32,000 nucleotides of DNA from Massilicoli timonensis. GTDB taxonomy: Bacteria; Bacillota_I; Bacilli_A; Erysipelotrichales; Erysipelotrichaceae. The DNA is taken from positions 1,592,180 to 1,624,179 of the forward strand of contig NZ_LT963434.1 in NCBI RefSeq assembly GCF_900199515.1, given 5' to 3'. A program made the position numbers and the translations under genes. This document shows positions 8,607 to 15,911 of the stretch, piece by piece (position 1 is the first letter of the stretch; each line of letters starts with the position of its first letter). The notes below the pieces were generated by a model, which was not told the origin of the DNA, ran no database searches, and was given only the letters and a program-made list of their open reading frames with translations.

Positions 8607-9755
8607 TTACTGTCTTATTCTTTTATCCAGCCCAAGAATGGTATAAAGTTTGATTCCCAACTGAAAAGCCCAGTTATTATTTCTATACTTTATATATTTC
8701 TTCGGCAATGAATGGTAACTCATCAATTCCTCTTCACTGATCTGCAGCTTATTTGCAACGATCGCAAATAATTCTTTGCTTTCTTCTTCTGACAGCGATG
8801 GCTTCGCTAAGATTTCTAAGGCCTCTTCTCGTGTCATTTGTCCTGTTATTACTAAGCTGGATAACTGTGCTTTGCGAATATCATAGCCAAATCTTGTCGG
8901 CAACCAATAACCCTCTAAAAATTTAGTAAGTAAATCTTCAAAATGCTTTTGCTTATAAGCCTCATATCCGTATTCCTTTTCCAAAGTTGAAATCATCTCT
9001 TTTTTTGTAAACGGAACATAATTTAATAAATTCACTGTTTTAACCCCTTTTACATAAGGAAGCCAAAACTTATGTTTGAAGCCGGTTGTATATATATAGT
9101 TTTTGGTCTTATAACCGCCATGTTTTTTTAATACATCTTTAATGTATGTTTTATCAGCTGTTGGGCCTGCGCCTTCATTCCAAGATGCCGGGTTAGCCAC
9201 GATCTCAGTGCAGATGTTATACCCATTCAAAATATATTTCACACCAAGTTTTTCTGACCATTTATCTACTTGTGCTATGAATGCGTGATCTTGAGGTGCA
9301 TCTAGTCCGGCATGTCCCGTTTTGAAAAAAGCCAGCTGCATTTGACGCATGTCCTCAAAATCCATTTTTTCAATGTGCAGATCTACATTTAGTTTCTCAC
9401 ACAATCTTTTAACATTTTTTTCTGCTACCGGTAAATTCCACCCTGCATCAACATGAAATACAAATGGTCTTAATCCCCATTCTTTTACTGCCAGATGTAA
9501 CAAATAGCTGCTGTCAAGGCCTCCGCTTAATCCAAGAATGCAGTCGTATTTTTTCCCTTTCCCAGATTTTTTAATTTCGTCTAATAGCTTTTTCAGCTCT
9601 TTTTCATGACCTTTCCCATAATTCCATTCTTTCACAATTCGATGTTCAAACTCATTACAGCGCGTACATACACCATTCTCATCGAATTTCAATATTTTAT
9701 CACTTGTATCCATTACACAGCGTGTACACATCTTATGTTCATTGTTTCTTTGCAT
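8607..9755 (-). CDS. N-acetyl sugar amidotransferase (PP-loop ATPase, WbuX/WbpG/LfnA family)
   Basis: 382 aa. It has an N-terminal Cys cluster (CTRCVMDTSD..FDENGVCTRC), a PP-loop (LGLSGGLDSS), and a C-terminal ..KHFEDLLTKFLEGYWLPTRFGYDIRKAQLSSLVITGQMTREEAL.. pattern typical of this family. AAGGAG lies 7 nt upstream of the ATG. Confidence 0.85.
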   Translation of the reverse strand: MQRNNEHKMCTRCVMDTSDKILKFDENGVCTRCNEFEHRIVKEWNYGKGHEKELKKLLDEIKKSGKGKKYDCILGLSGGLDSSYLLHLAVKEWGLRPFVFHVDAGWNLPVAEKNVKRLCEKLNVDLHIEKMDFEDMRQMQLAFFKTGHAGLDAPQDHAFIAQVDKWSEKLGVKYILNGYNICTEIVANPASWNEGAGPTADKTYIKDVLKKHGGYKTKNYIYTTGFKHKFWLPYVKGVKTVNLLNYVPFTKKEMISTLEKEYGYEAYKQKHFEDLLTKFLEGYWLPTRFGYDIRKAQLSSLVITGQMTREEALEILAKPSLSEEESKELFAIVANKLQISEEELMSYHSLPKKYIKYRNNNWAFQLGIKLYTILGLDKRIRQ

Positions 9756-9824
9756 ATCGTTGCTCCTTTATCTATTAAATAAAATAAAACTTTATTCCTT
9801 GCATTTTCATTTCATACTTTTGCT

Positions 9825-11036
9825 TTAAGATCGCTGATTTTCATCTTCTATTAACTCATTCATAAAACCGTTTAGTTTTTCCAAAAGTACGTTTTTATTA
9901 AAATGGGTCATTCCATAAGTCAAAGCATGGTCTCCATATGCTTTTAATTCGGATTCTTTTAGATCGAGCGCCTTTTCGCAGACTGAAACCAGACCTTTTA
10001 CACTGATTTCCTCGCTGATCAGTCCTGCTTGGCTTTCTTCAATGATCCGTTTCCCTTCACCACTGACGCATCCTATGATCGGAACTCCACAGGCTAAATA
10101 GGTTTGTAGTTTTGCTGGTATCGTCATTTCAAACACTGGATCAGGCTTTAAGATCAACAGTGCCATATCTGCAGAAGACAAGTATTTGGGAATTTCTGAT
10201 TCTTCCTTAAATCCATGAAAAGTAACATGATTTTCAAGTCTATACTCACTGACCAATTTCTCTAAACTTTCTTTTTTTCTCCCGTCTCCAATAAAATGCC
10301 AATGTATCTTAGTATCAACCAAATATCTAGCTGCTTCTATTGCAATATCAATTCCTTGTGCCTCTCCTATATTGCCGGTAAATACGATATGGAACTCATT
10401 TTCATCAAATAGACGTTCGTTTGATTGATTTTTAGAAACACTGGCATACTGTGGCCAATATCTTACTTTATCCTTGTTTTTTACTCGTTTTTTTATTTTT
10501 TCTACAAAGCTTGGGCTTGCACAGAGAATTAAATCACAGTGTTTATAAATGTAATTTACAAGCCTATCAATAAAAGAAATAATAAATTTGGTTTTCATTC
10601 CTGTAACTGCTATAACGCTCTCAGGCCATAAATCTTGAACATTAATAGCGATTGGAATATTACTCTTTTTTTTGAATTTAATTGCCGGCAGCGCCACCGT
10701 AATCGGTGAAAGTCCAAAAACATAAATGATGTCAAATGATTCATTTATCTTTTTTACTTTGCGATTCGCATGTTTAACAAAACTGCAATAATTCAATATC
10801 AAATTTTTAGCACCTTTCTTTCTTGCTCTTAAAGGTACACGCATAATAGGTATATCATTCCATGTCTCATCATCGTTGCCTTTGTAAGAATATCCATCAA
10901 AATATACTCCTTTGGGATAGTTTGGTTTCCCTGTCAAAACGGTTACCTGGTGTCCCATGTGCTGTAAATCCAAACATAATTGATTGATTCTGAAGTTCTC
11001 CGGATAGAAATATTGTGTTACGACCAATATTTTCAT
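9825..11036 (-). CDS. GT4 glycosyltransferase, WbuB/WcaI-like (L-FucNAc-type transferase family)
   Basis: 403 aa. The N-terminus MKILVVTQYFYPENFRINQLCLDLQHMGHQVTVLTGKPNYPKG is characteristic of WbuB-like enzymes. AAGGAG lies 7 nt upstream of the ATG. Composition changes sharply inside the gene (see findings). Confidence 0.75.
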   Translation of the reverse strand: MKILVVTQYFYPENFRINQLCLDLQHMGHQVTVLTGKPNYPKGVYFDGYSYKGNDDETWNDIPIMRVPLRARKKGAKNLILNYCSFVKHANRKVKKINESFDIIYVFGLSPITVALPAIKFKKKSNIPIAINVQDLWPESVIAVTGMKTKFIISFIDRLVNYIYKHCDLILCASPSFVEKIKKRVKNKDKVRYWPQYASVSKNQSNERLFDENEFHIVFTGNIGEAQGIDIAIEAARYLVDTKIHWHFIGDGRKKESLEKLVSEYRLENHVTFHGFKEESEIPKYLSSADMALLILKPDPVFEMTIPAKLQTYLACGVPIIGCVSGEGKRIIEESQAGLISEEISVKGLVSVCEKALDLKESELKAYGDHALTYGMTHFNKNVLLEKLNGFMNELIEDENQRS

Positions 11037-11121
11037 AATAGTACTCCTTCTGTTTTCCGCATATATTTGTTAAAAGAATACGGATAATAGTCCCCTTTAT
11101 TCCCCGTGATCAAGATCCGTT

Positions 11122-11736
11122 TCATTCCATCTCCCCCTTGTGCATCTCTCCTGTTCCTCCCTCTACCACTCCATCTGATCGCAATACCGATGTGATCGTT
11201 TTGATCAAGCACTTCACGTCAAATAAAAAAGAGCTGCGTTCCACATACTCTCCATCTAACTTCGCCTTTACTTCGATCTCCAATTCATCTCGTCCATTGA
11301 TCTGCGCCCATCCGCTTAATCCCGGCTTGATCTCATTCGCATGATAACGATCCCTTTCTTCTATCAGATCATATTGATTCCATAGTGCCGGTCTCGGTCC
11401 GATGATCGCCATATCCCCCTTTAAGATATTCAAGATCTGCGGCAGTTCATCTAAGCTTGTCTTTCTTAAAAACCTTCCTGCCTTTGTGATATACTGATCC
11501 GGATTTGCCAATAGATGGGTAGGCATATCCTTTGGTGTATCCACATACATCGTACGAAACTTCAAGATATAGAAATAAGTTTTATCTTTTCCGACTCTTT
11601 TTTGCTTGAACAGGATCGGTCCCTTACTATCCAACTTGATCCAGATGCATAGGATCAGAAAGAGCGGACTCAATAATACCAATGCAATCAAAGACAACAA
11701 AAAGTCGATCCCTCTTTTTATATAATTTCGATACAT
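11122..11736 (-). CDS. Small monotopic initiating phosphoglycosyl transferase (bacterial sugar transferase family, PglC/WbaP C-domain-like)
   Basis: 204 aa with one N-terminal hydrophobic segment. Supporting motifs are ..GPILFKQKRVGKD..F.ILKFRTM, ..DELPQILNILKGDMAIIGPRP.. and ..KPGLSGWAQING. It is the first gene of the operon and has an AGGAGG RBS. Confidence 0.9.
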   Translation of the reverse strand: MYRNYIKRGIDFLLSLIALVLLSPLFLILCIWIKLDSKGPILFKQKRVGKDKTYFYILKFRTMYVDTPKDMPTHLLANPDQYITKAGRFLRKTSLDELPQILNILKGDMAIIGPRPALWNQYDLIEERDRYHANEIKPGLSGWAQINGRDELEIEVKAKLDGEYVERSSFLFDVKCLIKTITSVLRSDGVVEGGTGEMHKGEME

Positions 11737-12075
11737 TCCTTTTCCTCCTAACCCATAATAAAAACAGCTGATCTCTCAACTGCTTCCTTACCTATGGATA
11801 ATATGCGATTATCCTTTTCTACGTAATAACACTTAAAGTATGAAATATATTATGAGTTTCACAAATGAAACAAACCTTCAAATGATGCGAATGGGGGGAT
11901 AAGAGGTTTCATGAAGCCGAATAAGAATACTGAAAGCATTTTTTCTTCTCAGCACAGAATACCTTTATCATCAGAATCTGATATCATGCTTCATACGCTG
12001 TAAAATAAAGAAGTCATACACCAAAATCATTCATAAATACTTCCACATCGGCAATCGTAAGAACTGCCGCAAATC

Positions 12076-12103
12076 TTGCAATATTCATAATTTGTGGTAT
12101 TCT
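12076..12103 (+). promoter_or_regulatory. Putative sigma-A promoter for the LCP gene
   Basis: TTGCAA, a 16-nt spacer, then TGgTATTCT (an extended -10-like element), about 35 nt upstream of the LCP start codon. Confidence 0.3.
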
Positions 12104-12138
12104 AATTGCGTAACATTTGAAAAAAGCGAGGTTATGCT

Positions 12139-13581
12139 ATGAAAAAGAAAAACAACCGCAAAAACATTTGGAAAGACAGCCGCTTCTATTTCGTTTTAGT
12201 GCAGACGATCCTTTCTGCTGCGCTGCTGATCCAATTATTTTTAATTCACATACTTCCGATGAAATACTTTATCGCTCTCATCACCGTACTGCTGGTGCTA
12301 TTGCTGCTGATGTGGGCGCTGCAATACGGGAAAGGGATCAATAAGCTCAACCGCACACTAGGTAAGATCATGATCGTGCTGCTGAGCGGACTATTGATTT
12401 TCGCCAATGTCTATGTCTTTATCGGCGGCAATACATTAGGCGCTATTACCGGTCAATCTGATTTGGTAACGGAAATATCCGTTGTCGTAATGAAAGAAGA
12501 TCAAGCCGAAACGATCACTGATCTAAAAAACGATTCATTTGGCGTATTGAGCGTAATGGATCAGGAAAATACCACTTATGCTGTGGAAAAGATCAATGAA
12601 GATTTAGACGGTGAAATCAGTTCCACCGGTTATCAGAATATAGCCGAATTATCCGATGCCCTTTATCAAGGGGAAGTACGTGCCATCGTATTGAATGAAT
12701 CTTATCGAAGCATGATCGAAGAAACGCATGAAAAGTTCTCTGATGAAACAAAAGTGCTTAAAACCTACAAACGCGTAAGCAAGGCAAAAGATTTCAGCAA
12801 AAATGTCGATGTAACGGAACATGCGTTCAATATTTACGTTTCAGGCAATGATCGCTACGGTTCTATCAATACCGGGTCCCGTTCCGATGTCAATATCATC
12901 ATGACGATCAATCCGGTAACCAAAAAGGTACTGATGACCAGTATTCCGCGTGATTACTATGTTCGTATTCCTTGCTATGAAAACGAATATGATAAATTGA
13001 CCCATGCCGGCAATGGCGGCGTACAGTGCAGCGTTGAGGCAGTGGAACAAAAACTCGGCATCGACATCAACTACTATGTGCGGGTTAATTTCACTTCCTT
13101 GATCGAGATCGTCGATGTATTGGATGGGGTAGATGTCGAAGTGGCAAACTCATTCAGTGCAGACGGCTATCAATTTAACGCCGGTACGCAGCATATGGAT
13201 GGCAAAATGGCGTTGGCATTCGCCCGGGACCGCTATCATCAGGAAGGCGGCGATCGCGGACGCGGAGAAAACCAGATGCGCGTCATGACGGCGATCATCA
13301 ACAAAGCCCTTTCTTATTCCATTATTACCAACTACACTGGTATCATGAATGTTGTAGGCGGCAGCTTTGAAACCAATATGTCTGACAGCGAGATCACCAG
13401 TCTTGTGCGTATGCAGCTGAATGATATGAGCGGCTGGACGATTGAAAGTCAAAGCGTAGATGGAACCGGAGCGAGCCTGTACTCTTATCAAAACGGTACG
13501 AATTCTTATATGATGGTGCCGGATGAAGAAAGTGTGGCAGCGGCGGTTGCGAAAATCGAAGCAGTCATGAAAGAACAATAA
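12139..13581 (+). CDS. LytR-CpsA-Psr (LCP) family glycopolymer-peptidoglycan ligase
   Basis: 480 aa with three N-terminal hydrophobic segments and an LCP core: ..SDVNIIMTINPVTKKVLMTSIPRDYYV.., ..KLTHAGNGG.., ..INYYVRVNF..L..VD.LGGV.V.., ..ALAFARDR... It is transcribed divergently from the polysaccharide operon. Confidence 0.9.
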   Translation: MKKKNNRKNIWKDSRFYFVLVQTILSAALLIQLFLIHILPMKYFIALITVLLVLLLLMWALQYGKGINKLNRTLGKIMIVLLSGLLIFANVYVFIGGNTLGAITGQSDLVTEISVVVMKEDQAETITDLKNDSFGVLSVMDQENTTYAVEKINEDLDGEISSTGYQNIAELSDALYQGEVRAIVLNESYRSMIEETHEKFSDETKVLKTYKRVSKAKDFSKNVDVTEHAFNIYVSGNDRYGSINTGSRSDVNIIMTINPVTKKVLMTSIPRDYYVRIPCYENEYDKLTHAGNGGVQCSVEAVEQKLGIDINYYVRVNFTSLIEIVDVLDGVDVEVANSFSADGYQFNAGTQHMDGKMALAFARDRYHQEGGDRGRGENQMRVMTAIINKALSYSIITNYTGIMNVVGGSFETNMSDSEITSLVRMQLNDMSGWTIESQSVDGTGASLYSYQNGTNSYMMVPDEESVAAAVAKIEAVMKEQ

Positions 13582-13613
13582 AGAAGCGAAAATAACGATA
13601 CTGGCAAATAAAA

Positions 13614-13656
13614 AGATGGTGGAAGCGATCATTTCTCTGTACTGCCATCTTTTTTG
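13614..13656 (+). terminator. Putative rho-independent terminator after the LCP gene
   Basis: AGATGGTGG pairs with CTGCCATCT (9 bp, including 2 G-U pairs) around a 19-nt loop, followed by TTTTTT. Confidence 0.45.
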
Positions 13657-13754
13657 CATGCAAAAAGACATTGCGGAAAGAATTGTATTTTTCAAAATTC
13701 CTGTTTATAATGGAGAAGAAAATAAGATAGCGCATACTATCGAGGAGGTCAATT

Positions 13755-14750
13755 ATGAAAGTATTGGTAACCGGCGGCGCTGGTTTTATCGGCAGTCATA
13801 CTTGTGTCGCATTATTGGAAGCAGATCATGATGTCGTGATCATTGATAATTTTTACAATGCGCAATTAGATGTGATCGATAAGATCCAGCAGATCAGTGG
13901 GAAAAAGGTATGTCTATATGAGGGAGATGTTTGTGATCGTTCTTTATTAGAGCGGATCTTTCATGAACAGCAGATCGATGCGGTTATTCATTTTGCGGGG
14001 TACAAGGCTGTCGGCGAATCGGTCGCAAAACCGCTGATGTATTATGACAATAACCTATACAGCACGATCGTACTGTGTGAAACGATGTTGAAGTACGGCT
14101 GTAAAAATCTGGTATTCAGTTCCAGCGCTACTGTGTACGGCAATCCGGCAAGTGTGCCGATTTGCGAGGATTTCCCGCTTGGACCGACAACCAATCCTTA
14201 TGGAACGACCAAACTGATGATCGAACAGATCTTGCAGGATGTCCATTTTGCGGATAATGAGTGGAATATTGCGTTATTGCGCTACTTTAATCCGATTGGT
14301 GCGCATAAGAGCGGTTTGATCGGAGAAAGTCCGAATGATATTCCGAATAATCTCATGCCGTATATCGTAAAAGTAGCCAATCGGGAATTAGATCATCTAA
14401 GCGTATTCGGCAATGACTATGATACTGTGGATGGAACCGGTGTACGCGATTATATTCACGTTGTTGACTTGGCAAAAGGGCATGTGAAGGCTTTGGAATG
14501 GGTGGAAAAGAAAAACGGCATCGATGCGTTTAATCTGGGAACCGGCCATGGATACAGTGTATTAGAAGTCGTGCATGCGTTTATCAAAGCCAATCAGGTG
14601 GATGTACCATATGTGATCGCACCACGAAGACCTGGCGATATCGCTGCCTGCTATGCCGATACGAAAAAAGCTTATGAAGTGCTGGGCTGGAAAGCGGAAA
14701 AAGAACTGGAAGAAATGTGTGAGGATTCTTGGCGTTTCGTTCATAAGTAA
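13755..14750 (+). CDS. galE: UDP-glucose 4-epimerase
   Basis: 331 aa. Motifs MKVLVTGGAGFIGSHT.., ..FSSSATVYG.., ..PYGTTKLMIEQIL.., ..LRYFNPIGAH.SG.IGE.P.. match the GalE pattern. GAGGAGG RBS. Confidence 0.92.
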   Translation: MKVLVTGGAGFIGSHTCVALLEADHDVVIIDNFYNAQLDVIDKIQQISGKKVCLYEGDVCDRSLLERIFHEQQIDAVIHFAGYKAVGESVAKPLMYYDNNLYSTIVLCETMLKYGCKNLVFSSSATVYGNPASVPICEDFPLGPTTNPYGTTKLMIEQILQDVHFADNEWNIALLRYFNPIGAHKSGLIGESPNDIPNNLMPYIVKVANRELDHLSVFGNDYDTVDGTGVRDYIHVVDLAKGHVKALEWVEKKNGIDAFNLGTGHGYSVLEVVHAFIKANQVDVPYVIAPRRPGDIAACYADTKKAYEVLGWKAEKELEEMCEDSWRFVHK

Positions 14751-14760
14751 AAAGAAAGAA

Positions 14761-14800
14761 GGAGTTTCATCATAAATTTCATGTTGAAACTCCTTTATTT
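14761..14800 (+). terminator. Rho-independent terminator after galE
   Basis: A perfect 9-bp stem (GGAGTTTCA / TGAAACTCC) with a 15-nt loop, followed by TTTATTT. Confidence 0.75.
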
Positions 14801-14812
14801 GTTCAAAAAACA

Positions 14813-14821
14813 TGATATAAT
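14813..14821 (+). promoter_or_regulatory. Extended -10 promoter element upstream of the wHTH-LicC gene
   Basis: TGaTATAAT lies 32 nt upstream of the ATG at 14854. There is no good -35 element. Confidence 0.4.
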
Positions 14822-14853
14822 CATTCGTGTTGAACAAGAAAAGGAGAATATCC

Positions 14854-15765
14854 ATGAATTTGACGATCAATCAGTTTGACTTGCTTGTTTATTTAGAGGC
14901 AAGACAGGAAGAAAAACATGCACAGCGGGCACTGGCAAAAGCATTGGGGCTTTCGGTTGGTATGATCAATAAGCTGCTGAGTGAATTGCAGGAAAAAGAA
15001 TTATTGTGCGCAAATGAGCAGGGGCATTTTGAGGTAACGCTGAAAGGGTATGCGTGGCTGGAACCGTATCGGGTCAAAAAAGCGATTTTTTTGGCAGCCG
15101 GCTTTGGCAGCCGCTTGGTGCCGATTACCTTGAATACGCCAAAACCGCTGATCATGGTGCATGGGAAGCGGATCATTGAAACGCTGTTGGATGCAGTGCT
15201 GGCAGCAGGAATTACGGATATAACGATTGTACGCGGCTATTTGGGCGAACAGTTTGATCTGTTGTTGAAGAAATATCCGATGATTCGTTTTATCGATAAT
15301 CCAATCTATAATGAATCTAATAATATTTCCAGTGCAATGCTGATCAAAGATCAAATGGAGAATGCTTATGTGTTGGAAAGCGATTTGTTGCTGTATCATC
15401 CGCATATCATCCGTAAATATGAATATCGGACCAATTACTGCGGCTTTGCGGTAGAGCGCAGTGATGACTGGTGCTTCCAGACGAAAAACGGAATGATCAA
15501 GAAGGTATCGGTCGGCGGGCAGAATTGTTATCAAATGGTAGGCATTTCTTACTGGTCGAAGGAAGATGCACAGAAGATGGCAAATGATGTAGAAAAAGTT
15601 TTTACGATGCCGGGAGGACGTGAGAAATATTGGGATGAAGTGGCGCTGACGTATTGTAAAGAACATTATGATGTATTGCTAAGAGAAATCGATTCATCTG
15701 ATATCATTGAAATCGATACGTTTAATGAATTGAAGCAGCTGGATCCGATCTATCGTGGATCGTGA
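14854..15765 (+). CDS. Winged-HTH domain fused to a LicC-like nucleotidyl(cytidylyl)transferase
   Basis: The ORF track starts at 14827. I prefer the ATG at 14854 (MNLTINQFDLL..), which has AGGAG 7 nt upstream. Residues about 1-75 resemble a MarR/wHTH domain (..RALAKALGLSVGMINKLLSELQEKELL..). The remainder is collinear with S. pneumoniae LicC as I remember it (AIFLAAGFGSRL.P.T...PKPL..V.GK..IE..L......GI.DI.IV.GYL.EQF..L..KY.., ..YWD..). Confidence 0.8.
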   Translation: MNLTINQFDLLVYLEARQEEKHAQRALAKALGLSVGMINKLLSELQEKELLCANEQGHFEVTLKGYAWLEPYRVKKAIFLAAGFGSRLVPITLNTPKPLIMVHGKRIIETLLDAVLAAGITDITIVRGYLGEQFDLLLKKYPMIRFIDNPIYNESNNISSAMLIKDQMENAYVLESDLLLYHPHIIRKYEYRTNYCGFAVERSDDWCFQTKNGMIKKVSVGGQNCYQMVGISYWSKEDAQKMANDVEKVFTMPGGREKYWDEVALTYCKEHYDVLLREIDSSDIIEIDTFNELKQLDPIYRGS

Positions 15766-15839
15766 TCGGTTGATGACGAAATCATAAAGCAGCCCGTAAA
15801 ATAGAAAAAGAGCAGGGAAGAGGATGACATGCTTATAAG

Positions 15840-15871
15840 AGCAAGTGCGGCGTCTTTTCTTGCTTTTTTTA
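15840..15871 (+). terminator. Rho-independent terminator after the wHTH-LicC gene
   Basis: AGCAAG / CTTGCT stem with a 13-nt loop, followed by a T7 run. Confidence 0.55.
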
Positions 15872-15911
15872 TAGGTTTGTTTAGGAGTCTGTCTGTTTTT
15901 TTCTATAACGT

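Noticed and set aside
13150-13695. 181-aa minus-strand ORF antisense to the LCP gene
   Set aside because: It lies almost wholly inside a well-supported plus-strand gene. Its composition is His/Arg/Phe-rich and nonsensical, and it has no RBS. This is a typical shadow ORF of a gene with biased codon usage.
14761-14793. Recurrence of GTTTCA/TGAAAC in the galE terminator stem as well as in the 11.86-kb palindromes, considered as a shared regulatory motif
   Set aside because: At 14761-14793 the sequence is fully explained as a 9-bp terminator stem followed by a T tract. A shared 6-mer is weak evidence for a common factor.
15001-15666. 221-aa minus-strand ORF antisense to the wHTH-LicC gene
   Set aside because: It is a shadow ORF. 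The opposite strand has clear LicC-like motifs, and this frame is rich in I/F/R/Q/H with no recognisable domain or RBS.
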